Part shown: positions 9,898 to 21,033 of the stretch, one piece after another
How positions within the stretch are numbered: position 1 is the first letter of the stretch
Layout: each line of letters begins with the position of its first letter
From: a virus
Lineage: Duplodnaviria > Caudoviricetes
Virus record (IMG/VR): IMGVR_UViG_3300037067_015585
Location: 170,377-234,376 of that record
Reading direction: 5' to 3' (one strand)
Length of the DNA stretch: 64,000 nucleotides
Position numbers and translations under genes: made by a program
The notes under the pieces: generated by a model
The model's input: the letters and a program-made list of their open reading frames with translations, nothing else
Told to the model about the DNA's origin: nothing
Databases searched by the model: none

Positions 9898-10523
9898 TAT
9901 CTACCTAGTACTCTATCAATATTCGGCCTCAAATCGAAACTACATTTACACCCAAGTATATCAGACATACCACTCGATTGCCGAAAAAGCATAGGATAAA
10001 TACCATACGCTTTAATGTTTGATAGCTGCCTGGCATATACGACATCTATCGGTATACCAGAGCCGATAGATGCTTTTACACTTTGTATTAAACTTTCAAG
10101 ATATTTTCCATTAACGGCGTATGCATGTGTAGTCAATGCATCGTTTAGCTGCAATATGTTCGGAGTAATAAAGATTGGTGCTATACAAGAGAGCGGATCG
10201 AGATTATATCCAAGATATAGCATATCCCAGTCATCTTTTAATTGCCCGTTACCGACAGCGCTTTGCCATATTGATTGCCAATCATGATAAAGCTCTGCAT
10301 CATCTTCCATAATAAGGATGTTTCTGACATTAGATTCAAGTGCTTTTTGTAACATGGCTAGATGTGACTCATAACATCCAACCCATCCTGGAGTTTTTTC
10401 TATAGCTGGAAATCTAACAGCTTTCGTTATACACACTTGTTGTAACTGAGTCTGTATACTAGTCCATCTATCGCGGCGTCTATCCAAATTTAGTATATAT
10501 ATGTGGTCGAAAAAACTTTGCAT
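9897..10523 (-). CDS. GT25 glycosyltransferase
   Basis: YILNLDRRRDR, GCYESH, IMEDD, WDMLYLG, THAYAV. Confidence 0.9.
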   Translation of the reverse strand: MQSFFDHIYILNLDRRRDRWTSIQTQLQQVCITKAVRFPAIEKTPGWVGCYESHLAMLQKALESNVRNILIMEDDAELYHDWQSIWQSAVGNGQLKDDWDMLYLGYNLDPLSCIAPIFITPNILQLNDALTTHAYAVNGKYLESLIQSVKASIGSGIPIDVVYARQLSNIKAYGIYPMLFRQSSGMSDILGCKCSFDLRPNIDRVLGR

Positions 10524-10546
10524 GTTGTTAATAGATTTTTTAAACC

Positions 10547-11155
10547 ATGATTGACAAACTGTCTGCCAGGACGAAATTTCCATTAATAGTTACCGCCTAT
10601 ACTACAACAAGCCATCTGGGTGATTATTACAAAAGATGTGTCACAAGATTGGTGCATAGCTGTATTAAATTCGATTTGTCCCATCTAGTTTTACCGCTAG
10701 AAAAACAAGACGGTTGGGATGCTGGATGTGCTACAAAAATAATAGTTATTCAGCAATTATTGCAACAACTACACAGGCCATTATTGTGGTTGGATGCAGA
10801 TGCTGAAATCTTCCAATACCCAAGCATATTTGAAACAATTGATTGTGAAATGGCATTAGCATCAGTGACGGGGCATTGGTTAACCGGCACGTTATATTTT
10901 ACACCTAGTGCTTTACCATTTATAGAGCTTTGGAAGCAACGTACTGGGCCGGTCGTTGACGAAGTAGCATTATCGCAGCTCTATCATGCTTCATTACATA
11001 ATAGACCACGCCTAACAATGTTGCCTGATTCATATAATACTGCAATTTATGCGTCGAGCAACATGGCTAATGTTGTAATAGGTCACCATATGCGTCCAGA
11101 CATAGCGCCGACAAGAGGTGTAGTGGCTAATCCGATTCCAGAATGCAATTTTTAA
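10547..11155 (+). CDS. Nucleotide-diphospho-sugar transferase-like protein
   Basis: LLWLDADA DxD motif, TGTLYF, LPDSYN. Confidence 0.7.
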   Translation: MIDKLSARTKFPLIVTAYTTTSHLGDYYKRCVTRLVHSCIKFDLSHLVLPLEKQDGWDAGCATKIIVIQQLLQQLHRPLLWLDADAEIFQYPSIFETIDCEMALASVTGHWLTGTLYFTPSALPFIELWKQRTGPVVDEVALSQLYHASLHNRPRLTMLPDSYNTAIYASSNMANVVIGHHMRPDIAPTRGVVANPIPECNF

Positions 11156-11484
11156 TTACTAACTTGCTTCCAATAAGCAACTACTACTGGTTTATTTGAA
11201 ACAATCATCTTACGCTTCAGTATATTACTAGAGGTGTTATAGTAATACCAATTACGATATGTGGACGCATCAGGCTCAAACGGAGTCATTTCTACAACGT
11301 GTCCACCATACATTTCTATACCAAAGCGATTTGCGTTTCCGGACACAGTTATAGCCCCACGACGGATCATAAGATCTTCAAGGAACGCATTTGTGTTTTG
11401 TAGGTTACCTAACATTATTTTATTATTGCTATTATATGTTTGTAAAAGATACTATGTAACTTCGCTTGGATTGGGAGATATATT

Positions 11485-12198
11485 TTGAATACGAAAGTTA
11501 TTGCGTCGTTGACTGCGGACAATATGGATGTTTCCATAGAACAGCTGCTACAGCAATTTATATCAAACAACGAAAATATTTACTATGAATCGTTTGACAA
11601 ATTCTGCAGAGAGAATGGCGTTATCATCGAATATAACGAATTCATAGATTTACTTAGCATTAATCAAACGCACGTGTTCAACGAATACTCTGATAAAACC
11701 GGCCACTATTGGGTGCCATCGATATTTGAAGGATATGTATCTAATTCGTTGCCAGGAGATTGGGATGATTTTGGAGACGACCAGATTGAGGGAATAACAA
11801 ATCCATCACTTGGCGATGGCGATCAACAACAACCCATAGACTTCGCACCATTATCAAATAATCAGATATTAGATGAACCTGAATCAGATGCTGAAGAAAT
11901 TCCAGATGTGGGAATAGAAGAGCCAGATTTGCCAGATTTTGATATGAGAGAACGACATAGACCAAGTAGAAGTGTTAAAGAATTAGAAGGCAAAGAACCA
12001 GATACCGGGTTAATAACCGAAGGCGTAATACACACCAATCAATTGGCAATAATTCTAAATTCATGTCATTCACGGATGACGATTGCCACAGAAATCAGCC
12101 GTAAGATGGAGCCACATGAAGCACGTGAGTTCCTGAGAACTGTATTCGGAGATAGTGTAGATTACAGAATAGCATTAACATCATTACAAGATAAATAG
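11485..12198 (+). CDS. Acidic hypothetical protein
   Basis: GGGAG RBS, TTG start, D/E-rich middle region. Confidence 0.55.
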   Translation: MNTKVIASLTADNMDVSIEQLLQQFISNNENIYYESFDKFCRENGVIIEYNEFIDLLSINQTHVFNEYSDKTGHYWVPSIFEGYVSNSLPGDWDDFGDDQIEGITNPSLGDGDQQQPIDFAPLSNNQILDEPESDAEEIPDVGIEEPDLPDFDMRERHRPSRSVKELEGKEPDTGLITEGVIHTNQLAIILNSCHSRMTIATEISRKMEPHEAREFLRTVFGDSVDYRIALTSLQDK

Positions 12199-12412
12199 CA
12201 CCAAGTTGACAACCATGGATCAATATGGTCAGGCCAACGATTCGTTACTTTCTAAGTTATATGGAATAGTTAATTCGTGGCAAAATGGAGTAATAGATCG
12301 ATCAACTTTCGAACAAGAAATACACAAAATGTCATCCGAACCAACGCTTAAAAATAGTGATATAGATATTTGGGCGATGGTACAAAAAATTCTAGCAATC
12401 AGAGCTCTAAGA

Positions 12413-13183
12413 TCACTTCCCAATTAATTTTAGTGCCTCTTGATGCCTGCGATCATCCGACGTTTTTAACATATCGAGCATCATATCTTGTCTCGCAGAC
12501 AATTTCGAACTATTCTCAACCGTTTTCGACACGAATTCTAATCGCCATGTGCGAAACTCTTTTAAAATTTCGGCGATTTTTTCATTGTAGTCGCTCGTAT
12601 TTTTATCTAGCATAGCTACCTTAGCATCAGTAGTTTGCTGCATTAACGTCATTTCCCGCTGCAGACTCTTTTCAATTGTAGTTAAATGGGTACTTGTCTC
12701 TGCTGCAAAAGCGTCCGATTTGCCCTTTTCGTATTGGCTTTGAAACATGCGCTCCGTGATGACCGCAGTATCTCTTTTCAAATTTGCCACATTCTCTGAT
12801 TGTCCAGACATTATCAATGCAACAACGGCACCTGCCATACCTAGTAATGTTATTGCAAGAGCAGCAAAGGCGCTAATCGTCTGCCATTGTGGTTTTGCCG
12901 ATTGAGTTAATCTATCGGTAACTAAGTTTAATTGGTTAGTAGAATCATCTCGCATTCTTGCGAGAGCATTACCTATTGTTTCCCTAAAATCGCCCAATTC
13001 CTTATTCATCATGCCGATATTCTGTGATACTTCCTGAATATCGTGCGTCAATGATTCTACTACACCTTCCAGCCGCCCGACACGTGTGTCTATCATACGA
13101 TCACGTTCGTTAGTCTTTTCAGACTTCTCTGGGAAAACGATATCTCTGAAAGGACAATCGTCGTGTTTATTGATTGGCGGCAT
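12413..13183 (-). CDS. Coiled-coil protein with a single transmembrane helix
   Basis: Heptad-rich regions flanking ISAFAALAITLLGMAGAVVALIM. Confidence 0.6.
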   Translation of the reverse strand: MPPINKHDDCPFRDIVFPEKSEKTNERDRMIDTRVGRLEGVVESLTHDIQEVSQNIGMMNKELGDFRETIGNALARMRDDSTNQLNLVTDRLTQSAKPQWQTISAFAALAITLLGMAGAVVALIMSGQSENVANLKRDTAVITERMFQSQYEKGKSDAFAAETSTHLTTIEKSLQREMTLMQQTTDAKVAMLDKNTSDYNEKIAEILKEFRTWRLEFVSKTVENSSKLSARQDMMLDMLKTSDDRRHQEALKLIGK

Positions 13184-13281
13184 TGCTTAACCCCATATTG
13201 CGTGTCTATGACGGACCACAATATAATTTTAATTGGAAATGTGGGATTAAGAAACATCTGCCACCCGATAAATAGCAGACA

Positions 13282-13587
13282 CTATGCTACAATATTGATT
13301 GCCGCAAGAAGTAATTCTGGCCCGTCTGCGTACCAGTTGTGCTCGGCAATTAAGAGTGCTAAATCTTCAATATCTTGTGACGAAGCAATAACGAACCCCG
13401 TCTTCGATCTCAATATTATCGTCGTTTTCTCTTTGAATGCGCCTAGTGTACCAGAAAGTTGATTGGGAGTATAGATTTCAACCTCTGTTCCTTGCGGCAC
13501 ACGAGCGATATTGCGCTCAATGACGTAGAATGATGTCTCAGGACGGACTAACTGTCTGTTGGTCGGTTTGGTGTCGTACTGTATCAT
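13282..13587 (-). CDS. Hypothetical protein
   Basis: ORF in a minus-strand run. Confidence 0.45.
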   Translation of the reverse strand: MIQYDTKPTNRQLVRPETSFYVIERNIARVPQGTEVEIYTPNQLSGTLGAFKEKTTIILRSKTGFVIASSQDIEDLALLIAEHNWYADGPELLLAAINIVA

Positions 13588-14016
13588 TTATCGCTTCTTT
13601 CTTGACGTGCTCAACCATATAGGCACAAGGTGCATCACCATCTAGGGGGGTGAATTTAATCCCGATCTTCCTCTTCTTTCGCCGAGATTCGATCTTGGAC
13701 AATGCCTTTTGTCTTTTTGCACATCTATCGAGATATTCCTGCTTCTCTGGCGTGATCGGTTTGATTGTTTTCTGCAATTTGCTCATTATTATTCCTGATG
13801 GTAAGAAGTATCGGTAAACATTTAATACTATCAGGAATTCCTGACTATCATAGCACCAATTGGTATACCAGTTAATTATGTATTTTATTGATGCTAACAT
13901 ACCAAATGAGGTCGTAGACGCTTTCCTTGGTATTTTCCTTGTCATCTCGGCAGAATTTAGGGTGACAAAAGGTGTGCTAAGAGAACAAACAAAGAAATAT
14001 AAAGGGACGCAAGAAA

Positions 14017-14298
14017 ATGCAATCTTTCGATAACAAGGAATTTATGCAATGGGCGAAAGACAAGAAATTATCTTTCATATCTCAAGTAAGCTGGCCCAAT
14101 GCTATTAGTCTACTCCCCGCTGACGAAGTGGCTACTAAGGTTGCTACATCAGCAGAGGCGACATCAAATACGATGTCGAACGCCAACCTTTATATCAATC
14201 CGAAGAAGGAATTATTTCTGACTATAAATATCACGTCAGATGGTAACGCATCAAATTCACTAATTCTTGTATTTAAGCAGTTAACCGTCCTGAAATAA
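14017..14298 (+). CDS. Hypothetical protein
   Basis: ORF with purine-rich leader. Confidence 0.45.
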   Translation: MQSFDNKEFMQWAKDKKLSFISQVSWPNAISLLPADEVATKVATSAEATSNTMSNANLYINPKKELFLTINITSDGNASNSLILVFKQLTVLK

Positions 14299-14866
14299 CA
14301 ACTACAAAGGAATGTGCTATGTCTGATTCAGAACAAATTGAGAAGTGCCATACATTATTAGATAATATTAATATTCCCCAAGATACCGATGGTGAAACAA
14401 GAGCAGAGGAATTATTCAACCGGCTTTCGACATATATTGGAATAGAACACATGATCAACGATTTAGTAACACATACGCATTAATGATCGATCATTTGCCA
14501 TCACAAAAGGCCGAAGTCTGCAGCCGCTGGTTGAGTTCAGATAAAGCCAATTTTATGAGTGTATTAGAGTTAGGGCGATTTTTAATTGCTCTAGATGACG
14601 TAGAGACACAAGAGCAATTAAAAGATTTAGAAACCAGATGGTTAAAATCGAACGATCTAAAGTCGGCAAATATGACTGGGAGATAGATGTATTTCAACAG
14701 CACTGCATCGCACCATTCTTATCTTTCTGTGCTATAGCAGAGCGTTCAGAACCTGGTAAGAGATGGGTAATTAACGCTGAAGGAAGAACATCAGAAGAAG
14801 CCTTAAACAATTTACGTGTTCGTATTAAGGGATCGAGGTTCAATCAATAATTATTGGAGGTGTATC

Positions 14867-15061
14867 ATGCCTGTGCGAGATATCGAGAACGAACTTGTTG
14901 ATGAAGATTTAGACGAAGACGAATTCGACGACGAAGATGACGATGAATTCGACGACGACGATTGGGACGACGACGAAGACGAAGACGAATTCGACGATGA
15001 TTGGGACGACGACGACGAGTTCGACGACGACGACGAACTCGACGATGAAGATTTAGATTGA
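14867..15061 (+). CDS. Extremely acidic 64-aa protein
   Basis: GGAGGTG RBS; MPVRDIENELVDEDLDEDEFDDEDDDEFDDDDWDDD... Confidence 0.7.
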   Translation: MPVRDIENELVDEDLDEDEFDDEDDDEFDDDDWDDDEDEDEFDDDWDDDDEFDDDDELDDEDLD

Positions 15062-15088
15062 CGCCATGGTCAAAAATAGCTTTCAATC

Positions 15089-15253
15089 ATGAAAAAGCTA
15101 TGGCGTATTTGGGCTAAGGCATTAGGCGAAAAAGCTGGCAAATCAGACTTTGAATCTGATGTTATTGCGACCGTACGATCGGTAATAGTAATAACTTACC
15201 TAATTACCAACCTAATTATAATGGCTGGTATTTTTCGTCACTGGAACGATTAA
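15089..15253 (+). CDS. Small membrane protein of a type seen in T4-like phages (54 aa, not in ORF track)
   Basis: MKKLWRIWAKALGEKAG...ITNLIIMAGIFRHWND. Confidence 0.6.
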   Translation: MKKLWRIWAKALGEKAGKSDFESDVIATVRSVIVITYLITNLIIMAGIFRHWND

Positions 15254-15990
15254 CGTCTGCTAGAGAGGTATTCAGAAATTTCTCTAGCCAATCGTTTCTG
15301 ATATGTCTCAGCTGTGAACACGCCCTTTGGAATATTCTTCATTGTACGGTTCAATGGCTTCAGCCTGCCTTCACAAATGTGAAGAATTGCGCCGGTCACA
15401 CTTGGCTCAGCGACTGCATCCCATGTAACAAATCGATAACCTTCTGTTACATAATATGTCTCTTGACCGCCTTGGTCTCGAACATCCATATCACCAATAC
15501 CACGTGAAGAAATACCGATAGTTCCGCGTTTGATTAGAGTCTTCAATTGATGGCCGAATGGAAGCTCATCAATGATTTCTGCTTCACCATAAACATTCTT
15601 GCCTTCCATCCATATCTTGGTTAGAAGGTGCGAGATTCTATCAAGGTGAATTTTGGCGTCTGCTGGGTGATCAAATTCACCCCAAACAGATCGACCAGCT
15701 AAATCCTCCTGGATAGCCTCAACTGCCTCTCTGACAACTGGCCGTGGGTAGATTCGGCCATTCGCATTCATATCATCGGCGACTTGGAAAATACCAGTGA
15801 TTCGTGTTATTGGGGCTCCACCAAGAGCACCTTCACCAATGACCTGTTTAGTGTCAAGAATCTTAAGTGGCCAAACATCCTGTAGTAATTGCTGACCCTC
15901 TGGCATAAAACCAGTTTGTGCAACAAGACCACGGTTAAAGCTCGTTCTCGGATTATATCGGCCAATTCTGTTTGCTCTTGTCACTAACAT
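15250..15990 (-). CDS. Prohead core protease (T4 gp21-like)
   Basis: NANGRIYP, GEFDHP, ISH, GISSRGIG, WDAVAEPS. Confidence 0.92.
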   Translation of the reverse strand: MLVTRANRIGRYNPRTSFNRGLVAQTGFMPEGQQLLQDVWPLKILDTKQVIGEGALGGAPITRITGIFQVADDMNANGRIYPRPVVREAVEAIQEDLAGRSVWGEFDHPADAKIHLDRISHLLTKIWMEGKNVYGEAEIIDELPFGHQLKTLIKRGTIGISSRGIGDMDVRDQGGQETYYVTEGYRFVTWDAVAEPSVTGAILHICEGRLKPLNRTMKNIPKGVFTAETYQKRLAREISEYLSSRR

Positions 15991-16046
15991 AGCATACTCC
16001 AGTTCTAGTACTAATACTACTATATATCTTTGATGACAGACATAAG

Positions 16047-16082
16047 CAAACGGGTAGTTCTATTGCTAGAACTACCCGTTTG
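16047..16082. terminator. Inverted repeat terminator
   Basis: CAAACGGGTAGTTCTA...TAGAACTACCCGTTTG just after the SPFH gene. Confidence 0.75.
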
Positions 16083-16103
16083 TGAGTATGCTAAACAGTA
16101 ACA

Positions 16104-17381
16104 TTATTGCGGTGCCGGTGTTGGCTGACCCTTAATCTTCATTTTTGGATTCATATCGAGCGATAAATCCTTAGCAGCCTTAATTGTCAACAGACTAATG
16201 AGATCTGTCGCACCGCTACCAGAAGCCTGTTGAGCGTTGCCGCCCATAATGATCGATGGGACCCAAGCACCCTCATGCTTGGCGATAGCATCAGCATAGA
16301 ATTTATTGACTTCAATATATGCCTCAATTTTCTTCTCTAAGGCACCATCGGCCTCCATTACGAGCTTACGGCGAGCGGCTTCACCTTCTCCCTTAAGAGT
16401 TTCAGCGAGCTTGAATTGCTCTGCAGCTTTCGTATCAAGTGTTGCAACAGCTAGTCTTTGCTGAGCAAGAGTTTCCGCAACTTTCTTGTCCTGTTCAGCC
16501 TTCGTTACTTCTTTAGCCATAATGGTCTTTTGTTCCCATTCGGCGCGTGCCGCATTGGCCTCACCTTGTTTTTTGGAAGTCAACGCATCTTGCTCAGCCT
16601 TTTTAGCGTCAGCCATTGCAATTTGCACTTGCATAGTTAGCTGCTGCTGCTGGTTGATTTGATCTTCAACTTGTTTGTCGTATACGACGTCATTTATGCT
16701 CAAGTTAAAGACTTTAATACCGAATTCCTTTAGCGGGCTTTCTTCTGCTCTCTTTGGTGCGCCAGTTTTGTCGAGAACAAGCTCAACCCTTGCAATCGTC
16801 TTTTCTTGGCCGGTTAAAGAATCGACAGTTTTATCCTGAACTGTACGTGTGAGATATACGCCATTCTGGATTTGATCCTCAATCAGATTTAGCAGTTCAT
16901 TGCGTCGTTCAGCATACGATTCCTTAGAACTCATTGTTGGACCGGTCATATAGATCGACTTCTGTACGATCGTTTTCACCAGCTGTTGTTCAACAGCCAA
17001 AGTGCTTCCAAATTTCTGGTGTATCGCGGTTAAATGCTCATTATCTAATGGCATTTCCCAACTAATACCGCCAGAAATTGTGGCGTGTCCGCCATCGTTG
17101 AATCTGATTTTTATTGATTCGTCGGCACTCGTCCCCTGGTCCTTTTTCGAAGAGAACCAAAATTGTGATCGGCGTTCGTACTTTGTGACCTTACCGAACA
17201 TCTGTACCTTAACACCAGATGTCACATACCAATCATAATTGCCACTAACAGGAGCCTGGATCACCATAATTTGACTGGCATCCAAATTTTCGAACAGGCT
17301 GTTCAGAGACAGCAGCAGGCTTATTAGTACAATGCCCGCTAACACAAGCGCGATGATTCTTTTGTTAGTCATCTTTTTCAC
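16104..17381 (-). CDS. SPFH/band 7 domain membrane protein
   Basis: N-terminal TM helix, IRFNDGG, long Ala/Glu/Lys coiled coil. Confidence 0.85.
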   Translation of the reverse strand: MKKMTNKRIIALVLAGIVLISLLLSLNSLFENLDASQIMVIQAPVSGNYDWYVTSGVKVQMFGKVTKYERRSQFWFSSKKDQGTSADESIKIRFNDGGHATISGGISWEMPLDNEHLTAIHQKFGSTLAVEQQLVKTIVQKSIYMTGPTMSSKESYAERRNELLNLIEDQIQNGVYLTRTVQDKTVDSLTGQEKTIARVELVLDKTGAPKRAEESPLKEFGIKVFNLSINDVVYDKQVEDQINQQQQLTMQVQIAMADAKKAEQDALTSKKQGEANAARAEWEQKTIMAKEVTKAEQDKKVAETLAQQRLAVATLDTKAAEQFKLAETLKGEGEAARRKLVMEADGALEKKIEAYIEVNKFYADAIAKHEGAWVPSIIMGGNAQQASGSGATDLISLLTIKAAKDLSLDMNPKMKIKGQPTPAPQ

Positions 17382-17613
17382 TTTCTTCTTTTAGGGTTTT
17401 AGCTGTTTTCTTTAAACTCTTCAATTTACGTTTAGCGGTATTAATAACCACTTCTTCACGAACTTCTGATAATTCCTCTTCCACTCTAACCAGTTTCTTA
17501 CGAAATATTGGGAATATTCTATCTCCTTTCCATAGTGGCATGAATATTTGTGTTGCAAATACTAATATGATTATGGCTGCAATAAGCCATTGCATTACCT
17601 CAAGGAAGACCAT
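17365..17613 (-). CDS. Small membrane protein coupled to the SPFH gene
   Basis: TM segment plus coiled coil; overlaps the SPFH start. Confidence 0.6.
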   Translation of the reverse strand: MVFLEVMQWLIAAIIILVFATQIFMPLWKGDRIFPIFRKKLVRVEEELSEVREEVVINTAKRKLKSLKKTAKTLKEESEKDD

Positions 17614-18069
17614 AGTAATTCTCCATCATCAGATTGTGTTGTATGGACATTATTAGCGTCTGAAACTGGGATACTCACGTCTGCATCCCAACCACCCCAG
17701 CTATTGCAATACGATTCAGATGTTCCCTTAATTTCGTGCAATTTATTGGCGATTAGTGATTTATCTGTAGCGTGCCCCCACCAATAGAACCCATGTAATT
17801 CGCAGGTCATAGCTTCGTTTAAATTATTCAGTTCAACTAACATCACCTATAAAATACAGCAATGCCGATATGGTATTTAACACAATATTATGAGTAATAA
17901 ATGGACACCAGAATTTGAAGAAATGTGGCGGTGCAGACTTAGAGAGATGAATGACGACAAACAGCCGTTTCGGAAATTTATCGAAGCATTAGTGGAGTCT
18001 GAAATATTAGACGCATTCAAATTAGCTCTTGACGAAATAGAGCGTCTACGTAGAGTGTCGCCAACTTGA

Positions 18070-18330
18070 TCACTTGGCAGTCGGCCCTGTAGCTCCAGTT
18101 GCGCCAGTAGTAGTTGTTTTCTGAAATCTTGTTATTAAATCCTGAACCAATACTGTTCCGACTGAGAAGACAGAGAAAAACCATACGGCACTAAGGCCAA
18201 ACGCCTTCAATATATTCCTAATTGGTTGATTAGGATTAGCTACCTTAGTCGTCGTATAAAATGGCGCAGCTGATGCTACCCAGCCACCGAAGTACGCGGC
18301 AATTAATAATCTTAGCATAATATCCCTCAC
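18070..18330 (-). CDS. Small two-TM membrane protein
   Basis: Two hydrophobic segments and a GAT-repeat tail. Confidence 0.5.
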   Translation of the reverse strand: MRDIMLRLLIAAYFGGWVASAAPFYTTTKVANPNQPIRNILKAFGLSAVWFFSVFSVGTVLVQDLITRFQKTTTTGATGATGPTAK

Positions 18331-18367
18331 TTTCTACTTTATATTTCACCGGCAACGTACGTAGATT

Positions 18368-19186
18368 ATGCTTGAATTTCCACCAGTAATACGAATCGAA
18401 ACAACTAATGCGTGCAATGCAAAATGCATTATATGTCCGCATAGTAATATGCAGCGACAGGTACGTATTATGCCTGATATACTACTTGAGAAAATAGTAG
18501 AGGAATGTGCAATAAACAGACCAAGAGAGATACATTTGCACAACTTTGGTGAACCGTTATTGGATGCTGATTTGGAAGACAGAATTAGATTTATAAAGAA
18601 AAAGTGTAGAGTTTATGTTAAAATCTTCACAAATGGCTCCCTGCTAACTACCGACAGAATAGAAAAACTATTAGCTAGTGGTATAAACGAAATCAAAATA
18701 AGTGTCGATGGATCGACACCAAAAGAATACGAGAGAATTAGACCTCCACTAAAATGGGATGAGATCTTAAACAATATTAAAAATCTCATAAAAGCACGTG
18801 ACACATTAAAGTCAAGAACTAAAATTTATGTTACATGTTGCACAGACAAAAGCGCATCGTTGTTATTAAGCGATCTTCCAATACAATCAATACAATATGC
18901 AATGGGGCCAAAGCATAATTGGGGCGGGCAACATGGCAATAAAGTGAAGGGTAAGTTCATAAAATGTAATCGATTATGGCGAACTTTCACAATTTTAGTC
19001 GATGGCATGGTAGTTCAATGCCATGCTGATGTTCATGGGAAATATAACCTTGGCAATATTTATACACAAACCATTAAAGAGATTTGGAATAGCCCAGAAT
19101 ATAATACTATAAGAGCTATGCACGAGCAGTCAAAACAAGCTGATTTAAATTTATGTCGCGATTGTTCTCAATGCAGAAGATTATAG
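18368..19186 (+). CDS. Radical SAM/SPASM domain protein
   Basis: CNAKCIIC, GEPLL, TNG, C-terminal Cys cluster. Confidence 0.92.
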   Translation: MLEFPPVIRIETTNACNAKCIICPHSNMQRQVRIMPDILLEKIVEECAINRPREIHLHNFGEPLLDADLEDRIRFIKKKCRVYVKIFTNGSLLTTDRIEKLLASGINEIKISVDGSTPKEYERIRPPLKWDEILNNIKNLIKARDTLKSRTKIYVTCCTDKSASLLLSDLPIQSIQYAMGPKHNWGGQHGNKVKGKFIKCNRLWRTFTILVDGMVVQCHADVHGKYNLGNIYTQTIKEIWNSPEYNTIRAMHEQSKQADLNLCRDCSQCRRL

Positions 19187-19612
19187 ATTAGCTACTGATA
19201 GTTTAAACTCTGGCTTGTTAAATTTGTGACGCATTCCACTTTCTCTATGACCCATGAAATATTCAATTCTTGGGTGTAATTTTGCTATTTGAGCGAGTAG
19301 CTGTCTTAAGTTTGTATGGCCTGGAGACGGAGCATTACTGTTTCGGCGATTTGAACCTTTGCCAATCCAGTCTATCCATGCTATGCCAGTTGAATTGTTG
19401 ATTATTAACTCTACTCTAGCATCAATTCCAAATTTCGAACCAGTTTCGCGTGTTGACTCTAAGAACGCTAAATATGTGATAAATTCAAGCTCATTGCCCT
19501 TTTTGGCATTAGTCTCACTATGCATATAAGTATCGTTAGGCGACATCTCTTTATACGATTCAATAACGTCTAATTTCCAATCAGTTGATTCTGATATTAG
19601 TGATAATCGCAT
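19181..19612 (-). CDS. Hypothetical protein with MRLSLISE leader
   Basis: ORF in a minus-strand operon. Confidence 0.5.
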   Translation of the reverse strand: MRLSLISESTDWKLDVIESYKEMSPNDTYMHSETNAKKGNELEFITYLAFLESTRETGSKFGIDARVELIINNSTGIAWIDWIGKGSNRRNSNAPSPGHTNLRQLLAQIAKLHPRIEYFMGHRESGMRHKFNKPEFKLSVANL

Positions 19613-19615
19613 GCA

Positions 19616-20050
19616 CTATTTTTGCACATCTACCATAGCCGATCTAATGCGGTCTTCAACATCATAGATACGTGTGAATGACGATTCTGACCAATTAGCA
19701 CCACGTGTGTTTTTGCGTCTAGCAGATATAATTTGTTGGTCATTATCGCGATCGTTTCTCAGCCAATATAGACCTGGCAGGCCAATAATGGTATAAATGT
19801 TGCGACCAACAAAAGTCATCGCTGTGTTTTCAGCAACCGGTAAATTAGATATATCGGTTTTGTCTTTTGTCTTGACCATACTTCTCAGACTTATTATTTC
19901 ATCGGATGCACCGATCATCAGATTATAGATCAAACACATCTCACATATATGGCCAACTGAAATATCACATTTGCACCCATATTTATTTGAAAAGAGTTTT
20001 GCCATCTCTTTTAAATCTTCTGGAAGCTGTTCTTTATTGTTGCCAAGCAT
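19616..20050 (-). CDS. Hypothetical protein
   Basis: ORF in a minus-strand operon. Confidence 0.5.
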   Translation of the reverse strand: MLGNNKEQLPEDLKEMAKLFSNKYGCKCDISVGHICEMCLIYNLMIGASDEIISLRSMVKTKDKTDISNLPVAENTAMTFVGRNIYTIIGLPGLYWLRNDRDNDQQIISARRKNTRGANWSESSFTRIYDVEDRIRSAMVDVQK

Positions 20051-20060
20051 AATCGTGATC

Positions 20061-20417
20061 CTATAGATTTAAATTTAGTAATCCGATGCCGACGAGTAGA
20101 TGTATTAACTGATCTATTGCAATGCGATTCCAAAACTGCTTCTCATCATATGGATTTTCGGTTTTCGGCTTGAATGTACTCCATACAATATGATCTTGAC
20201 CACCATGTAACATGCCATATACGACAGCGACAATGACTGCTTGATTTATATTGTAAACACACATACTAGCTATTATAAATCCAAATGTTACTATGAAAGC
20301 GTGAAAAAGCAATGCAAACAAATTATGCGATTTATTAACAGCTATCCATCTAGGCTGTAAAATCCAATCGAACACAAAATGCTGTGTAATTAAAACTGCA
20401 ACACTAACTGTTGTCAT
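20061..20417 (-). CDS. DUF3307-like membrane protein
   Basis: HFVFDWILQ, HxxxD, DQLIH motifs. Confidence 0.75.
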   Translation of the reverse strand: MTTVSVAVLITQHFVFDWILQPRWIAVNKSHNLFALLFHAFIVTFGFIIASMCVYNINQAVIVAVVYGMLHGGQDHIVWSTFKPKTENPYDEKQFWNRIAIDQLIHLLVGIGLLNLNL

Positions 20418-20832
20418 TTGTATCGCCTAGTATTTCATCCCGCACCCAACGCGCAGCCCAATTGGTGTTTTCTTGTGTCTCAGGCTCTACTTCTTTGTCG
20501 TCTTGTCTGTAGCATCCTGCACATACAATATCTACTGGTTTACCATGTAACCCATCAGAAAGAACGATTCCACCACCAAGTAGCAACTCACCACACCTAT
20601 CGCACTTAGGGCATGTCTTTTCTGCAAAATTGAACAACACTTGCATTATCGCCACAGCTTCATCGATGAATTCAGATTCACTTGTTGGTGCCCAGTTCAT
20701 ACCGTGGCCATTACCATCATCGCCGTGACAATTACATTGGCAACAAGGCTCTAAGCTGCCACATTCTGTGCAAGTGTGTTTGGCATCAGACCAAGATTTT
20801 AAACGTTCAATGAATTTTGGTATATCCATCAC
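20404..20832 (-). CDS. Cys-rich hypothetical protein
   Basis: Multiple CxxC motifs. Confidence 0.5.
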   Translation of the reverse strand: MMDIPKFIERLKSWSDAKHTCTECGSLEPCCQCNCHGDDGNGHGMNWAPTSESEFIDEAVAIMQVLFNFAEKTCPKCDRCGELLLGGGIVLSDGLHGKPVDIVCAGCYRQDDKEVEPETQENTNWAARWVRDEILGDTNDNS

Positions 20833-21033
20833 AGTCTTATCCTTATGAGTTCATTTAGACATATAGGTTTATCTGAATCGCGTGGCAAAACAACCCACTC
20901 ATCGTGTAGGCTTTTTGATAACAGATAGGACCGATATAAGTGCAAAGCTTTCTTAATTGTAACATCTTCATTTAGTCCTGTCAATCCACAAAGTCGTTTG
21001 ATTTCCTCATCGATATCGTGGTTGGTCGTCATT

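Noticed and set aside
14865-15086. Arg-rich minus-strand ORF
   Set aside because: Antisense shadow of the GAC/GAA-rich acidic gene, which has the strong RBS
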